Shown: positions 10,280 through 19,892, counted from the stretch's first letter. The stretch: DNA of 64,000 nucleotides from Gemmatimonadales bacterium (GCA_035763805.1 DASUAL010000092.1:26386-90385); one strand, 5' to 3'. The notes: generated from the sequence alone by a model not told the origin. Translations and numbers: made by a program.

Positions 10280-10281
10280 GG

Positions 10282-10743
10282 TCAGGCCCCCTTTGATAGC
10301 GCGGCCTGCTTAATCGCGGCGCGGATGCGCGGATAGGTGCCGCAGCGGCAGATGTTGCCCGCCATCCCCGCGTCGATGTCGGCGTCGGTGGGATGCGGCT
10401 TGCGCGCGAGCAGCGCGGCGGCGGCCATGATCTGACCGGACTGGCAGTAGCCGCACTGCACGACGTCGAGATCGAGCCAGGCTTGCTGCACGTTCCTGCC
10501 GGCGGCCGTCTCGCCGATGGCCTCGATCGTGGTGATGCTCTTTTCCGTGGCCGCGGCCACCGGCGTCACGCAGGAACGAATCGGTTGGCCGTCGAGGTGC
10601 ACCGTGCAGGCGCCGCACAGCGCGATCCCGCAGCCGAACTTGGTGCCCGTCAGGCCGATTACGTCGCGCAGCACCCAGAGCAGGGGCATGTCCGGGGGCA
10701 CGTCCACCGTGTGGGCCTGGCCGTTGACTCGCACTGTGACCAT
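10282..10743 (-). CDS. [2Fe-2S]-binding small subunit (IorA/CoxS-like)
   Basis: '[16 protein letters not shown]' and '[22 protein letters not shown]' cysteine motifs. Ends 3 nt before the large-subunit start. Confidence 0.85.
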   Translation of the reverse strand: MVTVRVNGQAHTVDVPPDMPLLWVLRDVIGLTGTKFGCGIALCGACTVHLDGQPIRSCVTPVAAATEKSITTIEAIGETAAGRNVQQAWLDLDVVQCGYCQSGQIMAAAALLARKPHPTDADIDAGMAGNICRCGTYPRIRAAIKQAALSKGA

Positions 10744-10805
10744 GACGATGTCCCCCTGTCGTCATCAACAAGGAGCTTCACGTGCACATTCCCGTCAAGT
10801 GGGAT

Positions 10806-11498
10806 CTAGAAGGGGAAGATGATGCCCACATCCTTGAGCTTGCTGAACTCTCGGCCCGAGAACTCGTACAGCTGCGCCGGCCGGCCGCGCTCGGCTCGCC
10901 GCCCCTTCACCGGCTTCAAGATCCCGAGCAGCGCAAGCTTGCGCCGGAAGTTCCGCTTGTCGAGGGGACGACCGAGGATAGCCTCGTACACCCGCTGCAG
11001 CTCGGTGAGCGTGAAGTGCCGCGGCAGGAGCTGGAACCCCACGGTCGTGTACTCGAGCTTGTTGCGCAGGCGCTCGACCGCGTATTCGAGAATCCCTTCG
11101 TGGTCGAACGCGAGCGGAGGGTGCTTGGCGACGGGCCACCAGCGGGCCGCCCGCGCGTCGGTGCTGGCGACGAGCGGCGCCCGGTCGGAGGCGATCAGGG
11201 CGTAGTAGGCCACCGTCACGACCCGACCACGCGGGTCGCGGCCGGGGTCGCCGAAGGTAAAGAGCTGCTCCAGATAGACGTCGCGGACGCCGGTCTCTTC
11301 GGCGAGTTCGCGCAGCGCGGCGTGCTCGAGGCTCTCGCCCTCGCGAATGAAGCCGCCAGGCAGCGCCCAGCGCCCCTCGAACGGGGGCAGGCCGCGCTCG
11401 ATCAACAGCACCTGGAGCTGGTCCTCGCGCACCGTGAAGATGACCAGGTCCACCGTGACCTGGACGTCGGTGCGCGGCTCGCGCTTAGATGGCGGCAT
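10806..11498 (-). CDS. Nudix hydrolase with C-terminal winged-helix (NrtR-like regulator)
   Basis: Nudix box 'GGFIREGESLEHAALRELAEETGV'. C-terminal 'FTLTELQRVYEAILGRPLDKRNFRRKL' DNA-binding-like tail. Confidence 0.75.
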   Translation of the reverse strand: MPPSKREPRTDVQVTVDLVIFTVREDQLQVLLIERGLPPFEGRWALPGGFIREGESLEHAALRELAEETGVRDVYLEQLFTFGDPGRDPRGRVVTVAYYALIASDRAPLVASTDARAARWWPVAKHPPLAFDHEGILEYAVERLRNKLEYTTVGFQLLPRHFTLTELQRVYEAILGRPLDKRNFRRKLALLGILKPVKGRRAERGRPAQLYEFSGREFSKLKDVGIIFPF

Positions 11499-12444
11499 GC
11501 TCGAGGATGCGCGCGGGAGCTTTCACCACGAGCAGCGCGTGGTCGCGGCTGGCGCGGATGCGCGCGCTCGTTCCCGCGTTGAACTCCAGGAAGTCCGACT
11601 CGATGCCGTCGCTGAAGATGACGCCTCCCGCGGGCATGAGCGACTCGAGCCCGAGCTCGCCCCCCGGGGGAACGTAGCCCGCCACGATGCGGGCCGTCGA
11701 ATGCCGGCTGATGAACGGCTCGCGCACCGCATAAAGGAGTCGCGGGTCTTCCCAGTCGAGCCGGATGCCGCTGCCGCGCCGCCCGCCCGCGAATGCCGTC
11801 ACACCCGCCGCCATGTTGAACACCGAGGAGATCCAGCCGGTCGAGCCCGCGCCGGTGGAGACGAGCACACCGCTCGAGGATTGGGCTTCGGAGGGGGCGG
11901 CGCCGCCGGCGCATATGCGGTAGCGGGCGGAGACGTGGGTGCGGGCGCCGATGAACAGATCGTTGAACGCGAGCAGCCGCTGACCGTCGTTGAGCGTCGC
12001 CTCGGCGAGCGTCACGGACCGAGAGACTGCGCGGCCCTCGAGCACGGCCGCGACGGCGCGGCGCACCTCGGACGGCTGCCACGGCAGCAGGATCCCGTCG
12101 TAGCGCCCCGGGTCGGGATTGACGCCGACGAGCGGCTGGGCGCAGGCGTACTTGGCCACGTTCGCGACCAAGCCGTCCTGCCCCACCACCACCACGACGT
12201 CGGTCGGCGCGAAGCGGTACGTCGGAACCAGGGATCGATCCATGTACTGGCTCGGGAGGCCGAAGTCCAGCGCCCGTCGTACGACGGCGAGCGAGCGCTG
12301 GTAGGCCTCGTCCTCCGCCCCGTACTCCGCGAAGTCGCCTCCCGAATGCTCGAGATAGAACTTCGCCTGGCCGCGGGTGTGGAACCGCTGGAGCAGTTCC
12401 GCGAGCCTGGTCTTCCGGGTCACGATCACCAGCTTCTCGAACAT
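11485..12444 (-). CDS. NAD kinase-family (ATP-NAD kinase fold) protein, divergent
   Basis: 'VVVVVGQDGLVANV' (GGDG-like motif with Q), 'ATLNDGQRLLAFNDLFI', 'VSTGAGSTGWISSV'. Overlaps the Nudix gene by 14 nt. Confidence 0.65.
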   Translation of the reverse strand: MFEKLVIVTRKTRLAELLQRFHTRGQAKFYLEHSGGDFAEYGAEDEAYQRSLAVVRRALDFGLPSQYMDRSLVPTYRFAPTDVVVVVGQDGLVANVAKYACAQPLVGVNPDPGRYDGILLPWQPSEVRRAVAAVLEGRAVSRSVTLAEATLNDGQRLLAFNDLFIGARTHVSARYRICAGGAAPSEAQSSSGVLVSTGAGSTGWISSVFNMAAGVTAFAGGRRGSGIRLDWEDPRLLYAVREPFISRHSTARIVAGYVPPGGELGLESLMPAGGVIFSDGIESDFLEFNAGTSARIRASRDHALLVVKAPARILEHAAI

Positions 12445-12445
12445 G

Positions 12446-13414
12446 TCACTTCCCTCCCCCTCCCGGCGCGGGCGCGAGCAGCGACTTGAGCAGGTCGGGC
12501 GTCACGTTGAGCTCGCCGATCTTGCCGGCGTTCTCGGCCAGCTCGCGGAACGCGAGGGCGATCATGAGCTTGGGATCGGCGCCGGTAGCGCTCACCGCCA
12601 TCAGCGTGCGCCAGTCAATGGTGCGCAGCGGCTCGAGGGTGGTCTGGAGCGCATACCCGCGGGCGTCGGCATCCTGGCGATCGTTGGCGGCGCGCCGCTC
12701 GATCAGCGCGGTACGCTGCTGCTCCACGGCGATGTCGGCCGCCATCAGCGTCTCGCGGATCTGGCGCTGCTTTTCCTGGACGGCGATCTCCGTGTTCAGC
12801 TCGCTCTCTTTGATCCGGCGCTCCTGCTCGACGGCGGCGTTGCGGCGGGCATAGATCGCTTCGTCGGATTGCCGCAGCAGGCTTTCGCGCACGTCGGCCT
12901 CGAGCGCGCGGGCGGTCTCGGGCGTCGGCGTGATCCCCACGAGGCTGAGACCGAGGACCTCGACGCCGAGCATCGTGACCGCGTTGTCGTTCCGGAGGCC
13001 GTCCCGCACCGCGGCCACGAGCGCTTCCGCGCTTCCCAGGGCCTCGCGCAGCGGCCGCTCGTGGACGAAGTCCCGGGCCAGGACCTGGGTCGCCTGCACC
13101 AGGCGCTCGGGCAGCTTGGTCGGATCGTCCGAGACGTAGGCGCCGTTGGGCCGGATGCTGAAGTCGAGCAGCCCCGCCAGCCGCTTGGGGTCGGCGACGC
13201 GATAGGTCAGCTGGCCCTGGAGCGTGACCGTCTGGAAGTCGGCGGTGACCTCGGTGAACACGAACGGGAGATCCGCGCTCGCGAGCGGGACCGTGACGAT
13301 GGTCGAGGTCGGGGCGAAGTAGAAGAACGCCAGCCCGGGCCCTTCACGACGCAGCTTGCCGCGCCGGTAGTGGAGGACGTAGGTGGTGGGCGGGGCTTTC
13401 ATGTAGCCGAACAT
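12446..13414 (-). CDS. SPFH/Band-7 domain protein
   Basis: 'MFGYMKAPPTTYVLHYRRGKL..FFYFAPTSTIVTVPLASADLPF', followed by a long coiled-coil 'AVEQERRIKESELNTEIAVQEKQRQI'. Stop is 1 nt before the NADK-like start. Start is 13414 or 13426. Confidence 0.75.
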   Translation of the reverse strand: MFGYMKAPPTTYVLHYRRGKLRREGPGLAFFYFAPTSTIVTVPLASADLPFVFTEVTADFQTVTLQGQLTYRVADPKRLAGLLDFSIRPNGAYVSDDPTKLPERLVQATQVLARDFVHERPLREALGSAEALVAAVRDGLRNDNAVTMLGVEVLGLSLVGITPTPETARALEADVRESLLRQSDEAIYARRNAAVEQERRIKESELNTEIAVQEKQRQIRETLMAADIAVEQQRTALIERRAANDRQDADARGYALQTTLEPLRTIDWRTLMAVSATGADPKLMIALAFRELAENAGKIGELNVTPDLLKSLLAPAPGGGGK

Positions 13415-13515
13415 GGCGTCCTCCATTAGTGTAGCTGCGACACTAATATAGTGTCTATGAAACACTAATGTCAAACGCCGTCAACTCGTTGCCGGCCTGC
13501 AGGTTCCCCGAGGCG

Positions 13516-14322
13516 TCAGAACAGCTTCACCCCGCCCAGCGCCGCGCCGGCGTCCCGCCACCGCGCGGCGGGCTCCGTCGCGAGACAGCGGCTCACCAGC
13601 TCGCCGAGCCATGGGGGCACCGTGCGGGCCTCGTCGAGCGGCTCCGATTCCGGGGCGGGCGGCCGTCCCGTGAGCATCTCGTGCACGAGCACCCCCACGG
13701 CGAAGATATCGTCGCGCGGCCCGGGGGGAGCGCTGCCGTCCGAGCGACGCTCGGGCGCGACGTAGGCGGCGGCACACAGCGCGGCGGTCGCGACGCCCGG
13801 GGCCCGCGGGCCACCGCCCGCGAGCGAGCGCTGCACGGCATCCACCATCCCGGTGTCGGCCACCGCCGCCCGCCCCTCGGTGAGCAGCACGTTCTCCGGC
13901 TTCAAGTCGCCGTGGGCTACGTTGGCTCCATGGGCGTGGGCGAGCGCGGCCAGGATGTCCCGGAGGATGTCGACGGTCCCGCGCAGCGGGAGCTCGCCGT
14001 GCTTGAGCAGCCAGGCGCGCAGCGTGGTCCCGTCGACGAAGTGCCGAGTATGGTAGACGAACGCACCTGCCCGTCCCGCGCCGCGGGGCCGCACGAGGCG
14101 CTCGTGCCCGAGCCGGTCGGCGAGCAGGATGATCTCGCGCTCGAAGACGCCCGCGTCCACCGCCAGGGACAGCTCGGCCGGCAGCAGCTTCACTAGCAGC
14201 TCGGGACCACTGGGCAGCTCCTGCACGACGAACATACGACAGTCGCCGACCGGCCGGACCTCGCGCTCGACCCGGTAGATCGGGCCGAGGGCGGCCTCGA
14301 GCGCGCTGCGCAGATCGGACAC
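13516..14322 (-). CDS. Short Ser/Thr-protein-kinase-like protein with degenerate motifs
   Basis: 268 aa, kinase core only. 'HGDLKPENVLL' (HRD->HGD), 'VADTG' (DFG->DTG), 'YVAPER'. No GxGxxG loop. Confidence 0.6.
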   Translation of the reverse strand: MSDLRSALEAALGPIYRVEREVRPVGDCRMFVVQELPSGPELLVKLLPAELSLAVDAGVFEREIILLADRLGHERLVRPRGAGRAGAFVYHTRHFVDGTTLRAWLLKHGELPLRGTVDILRDILAALAHAHGANVAHGDLKPENVLLTEGRAAVADTGMVDAVQRSLAGGGPRAPGVATAALCAAAYVAPERRSDGSAPPGPRDDIFAVGVLVHEMLTGRPPAPESEPLDEARTVPPWLGELVSRCLATEPAARWRDAGAALGGVKLF

Positions 14323-14419
14323 CCGGGCGAGCCTCGAGTCAGGGGACAGCGCATAAGCTGGGCACGGGCGCGCCCGCCGACAAGACGCCAGGGAGTGCGG
14401 CCCGCCCGAGGCGGCCGAC

Positions 14420-14845
14420 TCAACGCGCCAGGATGTTCCGGAGGTTCTCCAGGATGCGGCTCATGTGGCGTCGCACGTTGCGCCGCTCGAAGAAGCGCCC
14501 GCGCAGCCAGGCGACGAGGGACTGGGGGACCCAGGCATCTCTCACCGTCACGGCGGTGGCTCCGCCGGACGAGTCGAGACGAAACAGGGTCTTCCACCCC
14601 TTCCGCTGGCCTCGCTCGACCCAACCGAAGGTGGCCGGTGGGTTGAAATCCACGACCTCGAACTCGGTGACGCGCCTGCCGAACCGCGCCTTGAACCGGG
14701 CGCCCCGTTTGAGTGGGGCGGCGCACTCGACCCCGTCGCATCCGGGTAGCCACTGCGGGATACGGCCGGGGTTGGTGAGGAGGGCGAACACCTCCTCGAT
14801 GGGCGCGCCCACGGACTCGATAAGGGTATGGCTCACAGGCCGCAT
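14420..14845 (-). CDS. SRPBCC (polyketide cyclase/dehydrase-like) family protein
   Basis: 'IEEVFALLTNPGRIPQWLPG..VEFEVVDFNPPATFGW' pattern. Start at ATG 14845. Confidence 0.65.
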   Translation of the reverse strand: MRPVSHTLIESVGAPIEEVFALLTNPGRIPQWLPGCDGVECAAPLKRGARFKARFGRRVTEFEVVDFNPPATFGWVERGQRKGWKTLFRLDSSGGATAVTVRDAWVPQSLVAWLRGRFFERRNVRRHMSRILENLRNILAR

Positions 14846-14899
14846 AGCGATACTCTTGGAGGAGGATTCCGCAAGGATCACGCCGCCGCCGCGCCCGGC

Positions 14900-15433
14900 C
14901 TATTCTTGGCTCCCGGGCGGCTCTTCGTCGGCGGGCGGAGTCTTGTCTCGCCCCTCGAGCGCGCGCAGTTCCTCATTGATCCGCTCCAGCTCGGTCTTGT
15001 GCCGCTGGTAAAACAGCACGTTGGCCCGTGAGATTCCGGCCGGCAGGTTGTCGAACTTGCCCTGCTGCTGCTCGACCAAAAGGGCGCCCATCGCGGCCCC
15101 CGTCATCGACATCAGGAAGACGACATATTCCCGGGTCGTCATGCCGCCGGCGTTGATGGCCCGCTTGAGGGCGGGGTACCGCTCGTAGACGGCGGCCATT
15201 TCGGCGATGGTCTCGATCGTCGCGTCGTCGGCCCCCTCTCTTTCCCGGAACGCCTCGGGCTGGGCCTGGGCGGCGGCGATCACGTTGCGCGTTGCCTGGG
15301 TGAACTTCGCGAGCGCCGCGTCGGTGAGCTGGTAGCGGGCGAGCGTTTCGTCGTCGGACTGCGCGCCGAGGGGCGCGGCGAGGATTGTGACGGCCGCCGC
15401 GGCCGCGGCAAGCAGGGGGGAGGTTGAGCGCAT
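14900..15433 (-). CDS. Secreted hypothetical protein
   Basis: Signal peptide 'MRSTSPLLAAAAAAVTILAAPLGAQS'. Codon usage consistent with neighbours. No family recognised. Confidence 0.5.
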   Translation of the reverse strand: MRSTSPLLAAAAAAVTILAAPLGAQSDDETLARYQLTDAALAKFTQATRNVIAAAQAQPEAFREREGADDATIETIAEMAAVYERYPALKRAINAGGMTTREYVVFLMSMTGAAMGALLVEQQQGKFDNLPAGISRANVLFYQRHKTELERINEELRALEGRDKTPPADEEPPGSQE

Positions 15434-15470
15434 CGTGACTCCCAGGTCGAGGTGAGTGAAATGGCCGAGG

Positions 15471-15737
15471 CTACAGAGTGATGTCGCCGCCCGGGTCCGA
15501 TTCCTCCAGGTTCCGCAACATCTCCCGGGCCCGCTGGACCCGGCGGGCCCGCTCTGCGTCGTCGATCACCGCCCGCGACCAATCAGGCGCCCGTCCGCCC
15601 TCGGTCTCGAGCCGCAGCACCATGCCTTCCCGGGATCCCGGCGGCAACCGGCCCTTAGGCACGTCGAACGTCCGGCCATCGTCACCCACGATGACGGCGA
15701 TGCGCCCTTCGAGACGATCGATCACGTAGAAGGCCAT
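15471..15737 (-). CDS. DUF3006-like small protein
   Basis: 'MAFYVIDRLEGRIAVIVGDDGRTFDVPKGRLPPGSREGMVL' matches the DUF3006 pattern as I recall it. Confidence 0.6.
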   Translation of the reverse strand: MAFYVIDRLEGRIAVIVGDDGRTFDVPKGRLPPGSREGMVLRLETEGGRAPDWSRAVIDDAERARRVQRAREMLRNLEESDPGGDITL

Positions 15738-15744
15738 AGCGGAG

Positions 15745-16317
15745 CTATTGTACCATCCCAAACCGCTTGTTGCGCGCGGTCATTTTGAGGAAGTACCGCA
15801 ACCGCTGCTCGAAGACTTCCGGCCGGTGCCTCGCGGCCGCAATCCACCCGACTCGGATGCGCTTGTAGGACTCGGGGAAGCGGCTAAAGTTCTTCCAGGC
15901 CGCGGGGTCCCGCTCGAGTCGACTGCGGATGTCCTTGGGAATCGCCCACCTCGGTTTCCGCTTCGTGTCCGTGCGGTGATCGAAGACGTGCTTGATCCGC
16001 TCGAGGCCCGCCTTGGTCATGCGTCTGGAGGTGATCAAGCGGCGCACCCGCTCGCGGTTCATTGCGGAGAGACGGCTCGTGGGCCGGCGCGGGGAGAAGC
16101 GCTGGGCGTAGCGGTCCGAGTCGATGGGCTTGAGGATGCTGTCGATCCAGCCGTAGCACAACGCCTCCTCGACGGCGTCGTTGTAGGGGATCCGGGGCTT
16201 GCCGCTGTGCTTCTTGTAGTAGACGAGCCAGATCTCCCGCGCCGTGCGGTGGTGCTTCGACAGCCAAGCACGCCATTGCGCGCGGTCTCTCGCGTAGAAG
16301 GTCTGCCCCAGTTTCAT
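15745..16317 (-). CDS. YdeI/OmpD-associated family protein
   Basis: 'AQWRAWLSKHH..EIWLVYYKKHSGKPRIPYNDAVEEALCYGWIDS..RFSPRRP'. Confidence 0.7.
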   Translation of the reverse strand: MKLGQTFYARDRAQWRAWLSKHHRTAREIWLVYYKKHSGKPRIPYNDAVEEALCYGWIDSILKPIDSDRYAQRFSPRRPTSRLSAMNRERVRRLITSRRMTKAGLERIKHVFDHRTDTKRKPRWAIPKDIRSRLERDPAAWKNFSRFPESYKRIRVGWIAAARHRPEVFEQRLRYFLKMTARNKRFGMVQ

Positions 16318-16344
16318 GTGCGCGCGAGGGCGGCGGGATTGGGC

Positions 16345-17245
16345 TCAGGGGCGCGCGTCACACGCGCAGCCCTGCGGCCGACGACACTGGTAGCTCCTGC
16401 TGATGCACGAGTTCCCGCATGCCTTCCCTCGCGTGCAGACCTTGCAGCAGGCGCGCCCGGCGGCTTGTCCCGATGCGGCGGTCGACGCTGAGTCGGCCGG
16501 AAAGGGCCGCACCGTGATGACGCCGGTCGCGGGCGCCGTTTCCGTGCTGACCACGAAACTCCCATCGCGATTGGCGAGCATCAAGACGCCGCCATCCCGG
16601 TCCGTGGGGTACACCCGAGCGCCGACGGCTTGCCACAGCGCCACCACGCGCTGACGGGTGACCGTACGAGTTCCCGGCGCCGACCGAGATCACCGCGGCC
16701 ACGGGATGCGTTCTCTCGACCCACTCGCGGCTGGTGCCGTTCCAGGTGCCGTGGTGGGCCACCTTCACGACCTGGACCCGTGGCACGGTGTCGTAGCGCA
16801 GCCAGTACGCGAGCTCGGGCAGCTCCGAGTCGCCTGTGAGGAGGGCACGAAAGTCGCCGAACTCGACCACGATGCCCACCGAGCTGTTGTTCTGATCGGC
16901 CCGATCCCCGCCCCCTTCTGCTGTCGCGGTGGCATGGGGGAGGCCGTTGTCGAGGTAGAACCGCACCACGAACTGGGACAGGATCGCCGCCATCCCGCCG
17001 ATGTGGTCCGCGTGATTATGACTGGCGACGGCGAGGTCGATGGTGTCGATGCCGAGCGCGCGCAGCCGGAGGGCGACGTCGCCCGACGGTCCGGCGTCGA
17101 TCATGGCGGTCTTGCCGCCCTCTCGGACGAGCAGCGCGTCTCCCTGCCCGACATCGAGGAAGCGCAGCTCGAGCTGCTGGCCCCAGAGCGGGAGGGCCAA
17201 CAGGAGGAATGAGAGAGCCAGGCGGACTACGGCCGATGCGCGCAT
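16345..17245 (-). pseudogene. Secreted MBL-fold metallo-hydrolase (ComEC-type beta-lactamase domain), reading frame broken near 16650-16658
   Basis: Signal 'MRASAVVRLALSFLLLALPLWG'. 'FLDVGQGDALLV', 'ASHNHADHIGG', 'VAHHGT', 'VGAGNSYGHPS'. Homology then continues in another frame ('VVALWQAVGARVYPTDRDGGVLM', ORF 16345..16647). Confidence 0.7.
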
Positions 17246-17246
17246 G

Positions 17247-19892
17247 CTACCTGAGGCCTTCCAGCGTCCAGATGTCCCCGCCCCGCGGCGTCGCCCGGTC
17301 GAACAGGACCCAACGACCGTCGGGAGACCAGACGGTGTAGTCGATCCGGATTTCCGGGTTCGGGAACTCGAAGACGCGCTGGGGAGCCTCCCCGCGCAGC
17401 GGATAAACCCACAGAACCTTGTGGTCCCGGACGTCCATGATGCGGGAGCGATCGGGGGAGAAGGACAGGTGGGCACCACTCGCGACGTCCGACAGGCGCT
17501 CGAGCCGCCCGGTCTCGATCGACACTCGATGGATCTGGATTCGGCCCGCCGGTTCCGCACGGAAGATCACCCAGCGCCCGTCCGCCGACCAGCGCATGAA
17601 GTGCCCGCCCACGCCGATGGACGTGAGCTTGCGTTGCCCCGAACCGTCCGCGTTCATCACCCAAACCTCGTGCCGGCCGTCGCGGTCGGAGTGGAACGCG
17701 ATGCGCGTCCCGTCCGGCGCGTAGAAGGGGTTGATGTCCGCTCCCGGCGCCTCGGTGAGGCGGGTGGGCGGCCCGCCGCCGGCGGCCACGGACCAGATGT
17801 CGCTGTGACCCCCGCGCGCCGAGAAGAACACGATCGTTCCGCCGTCGGGCGACCAGTTCGGCTGGTAGTCTCCGCCGGAGCCGGTCGTAACCTGGCGATC
17901 CGTGCCGTCGCCGAGCGAGCGCACCCAGATGTTCATCTCGCCCGCACGATCCGAGTTCAAGGCAATGCTGCGGCCGTCGGGCGACCAGGCGCCGCGGCTC
18001 TCGACGCGCGTGGTCCCGACGACCGGCTGGGGCTCGCCCGTCGCCCGTCCGGTGCTGGGATCGACCGGCAGGCGCCACAGGTCCGAGTCGTAGCCAAGGA
18101 TCGAAAAGGCCAGGCGCCGCCCCTCCGGATCGAGCGTGGCTTGGCCGTCGTCGCCGGCGCCCGTCGTGATCTGCTGCGCCGCCTCCACCGGGCGGCCATC
18201 GCGCCCGACGGGCAGCCGCCACAGGTTGAGCCCGCCGCCACGGAACGACGAGAAATAGACGAACGCCCTGTCGGGGGACCACACGGGATCCATGTCCAGC
18301 ACGTTGTCATCGGTGAGTCGGATCGTGGCGCGGGAGGCGACGTCGAGCACCACGATGTCGGACTTGCTCTGCTCGATGCGCCGGAACACGAGCTTCGTGC
18401 CGTCCGGGGACCAGCGCGGCGTCCCGTGCACGACGGCCTCCGAGCCTTCGGTCGAGACTTGCTGCGCGTTGTGACCGCTCGCGTCCGCGATCCAGACGCG
18501 GCGGGGTCCCGACCACCGCGCCGCGAAGGCCAGCCGGCGGCCGTCGGGCGAGTAGGCCGGATCGAACGCGTTGGCCACGATCTGCGTCTCCCGACCCGAC
18601 GCCAGGTCCAGCGTCCAGATGTCGCCCCCGTCCTGGTACCAGCCGCGGATGTCGGTGGGCTCGAGCTTGCCCCGCGCGAGGTTCGAGCGGACGAGCGCGA
18701 TCGTGCGCCCGTCGGAGGCCCAGGTGGGTTCGATCTCGTCGGCGGCGCCCCGGGTCAGCTGCCGCTCCACCCCGGTCGCGAGCGTCGTGAGGAAGAGCTT
18801 CTTGTAGCCGCCGGTCTCGGCGACGTACGCCAGGCTGCCGCCGTCGGGCGACCACGCGGGCCACTCCTCCACGCCGGCGCCGAAGGTGAGCTGCGCCAAC
18901 CGGCGCCCGAACCCCGAGGCCACGGCGCCGCCCGGAGACGCCATCCGGTCGGCGCCTTTTCCCGGCCCGGAGACGAGGAGCGCTCCGATGACGAGCACGG
19001 CGATAGCGGCCGCCGCGCCGAGCGCCAGGCGGGCGCGACGCCCCGGACTGCGCGCGGCCGTCGGGTCGAGCGCGAGCCGCTCGGCGAACTGGGCGGCGGT
19101 GAGGCGGGCCCCGGGCTCGCTCGTGAGCGCGCCACTCACTGTCTCGTCGACCTGCGGCGGGATCCCGTCGCGCACCGCAGAGACGCGCGGAGCGGGCTCG
19201 GTGAGCCGGCGGGTCAGGCTGGCCTGCGGCGTCGGTCCGCTGAAGGGCGGCTCCCCGGCGAGCATTTCGTACAGCACGCAACCGAGGGAGTAGACGTCGC
19301 TCCGCCCGTCCAGGTCGCGGTCCCCCAGCGCCTGCTCGGGGCTCATGTACGCCGGCGTCCCCATCACCAGGCCGGTCTCCGTGAGCCGGTCGACCCCCGC
19401 CACGCTCACGGCGTGGGCGATCCCGAAGTCGCTCACCACGGCGTGGCCGGCCTCGAGCAGGATGTTCTCCGGCTTGATGTCGCGGTGCACCACGCCCAGC
19501 CCGTGCGCGTAGGCGAGGGCATCCGCGACCTCGCGGGCGATGCGCGTCGCGTCCGCGACGGGGAGGCGTCGCTCACGCCCGAGCCGGCGCCTGAGGGACT
19601 CCCCCTCGACGTACGGCATCACATAGTAGAGGAGTCCACCCGCCGTGCCGGAGTCGATCAGCAGCAGGATGTTCGGGTGGCCGAGGCGCGCCGTGATTCG
19701 GACTTCACGCAGAAACCGCTCGGCACCGACCGCGGCGGCCAAGTGGGAGCGGAGAACTTTGATGGCGACTCTGCGGTCGTGCTTCAGGTCCCGCGCGAGG
19801 TACACGACCGCCATCCCGCCGGCGCCCAGATCGCCTTCGATGGCGTAGCGGCCGGCGAGGACGGACTTGAGCCGGTCCAGCTCCTCGGCCAC
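17247..19892 (-). CDS. Ser/Thr protein kinase with TM segment and TolB-like (PD40/WD40) beta-propeller repeats
   Basis: GTG start. 'GAGGMAVVYLA..VAIKVL', 'HRDIKPENILL', 'DFGIA', 'YMSPEQ'. TM 'LALGAAAAIAVLVIGALLV'. Many 'WSPDG'/'YSPDG' repeats. Confidence 0.9.
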   Translation of the reverse strand: MAEELDRLKSVLAGRYAIEGDLGAGGMAVVYLARDLKHDRRVAIKVLRSHLAAAVGAERFLREVRITARLGHPNILLLIDSGTAGGLLYYVMPYVEGESLRRRLGRERRLPVADATRIAREVADALAYAHGLGVVHRDIKPENILLEAGHAVVSDFGIAHAVSVAGVDRLTETGLVMGTPAYMSPEQALGDRDLDGRSDVYSLGCVLYEMLAGEPPFSGPTPQASLTRRLTEPAPRVSAVRDGIPPQVDETVSGALTSEPGARLTAAQFAERLALDPTAARSPGRRARLALGAAAAIAVLVIGALLVSGPGKGADRMASPGGAVASGFGRRLAQLTFGAGVEEWPAWSPDGGSLAYVAETGGYKKLFLTTLATGVERQLTRGAADEIEPTWASDGRTIALVRSNLARGKLEPTDIRGWYQDGGDIWTLDLASGRETQIVANAFDPAYSPDGRRLAFAARWSGPRRVWIADASGHNAQQVSTEGSEAVVHGTPRWSPDGTKLVFRRIEQSKSDIVVLDVASRATIRLTDDNVLDMDPVWSPDRAFVYFSSFRGGGLNLWRLPVGRDGRPVEAAQQITTGAGDDGQATLDPEGRRLAFSILGYDSDLWRLPVDPSTGRATGEPQPVVGTTRVESRGAWSPDGRSIALNSDRAGEMNIWVRSLGDGTDRQVTTGSGGDYQPNWSPDGGTIVFFSARGGHSDIWSVAAGGGPPTRLTEAPGADINPFYAPDGTRIAFHSDRDGRHEVWVMNADGSGQRKLTSIGVGGHFMRWSADGRWVIFRAEPAGRIQIHRVSIETGRLERLSDVASGAHLSFSPDRSRIMDVRDHKVLWVYPLRGEAPQRVFEFPNPEIRIDYTVWSPDGRWVLFDRATPRGGDIWTLEGLR

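Noticed and set aside
16358-16650. Continuation of the MBL ORF in its original frame ('SARGGAVASRRRSGVPHGPGWRRLDARQ..') as a genuine C-terminus.
   Set aside because: The sequence is Arg-rich with no homology pattern. The alternative frame (16345..16647) carries the expected conserved 'GARVYPTDRDG' continuation. The locus is therefore treated as frameshifted.
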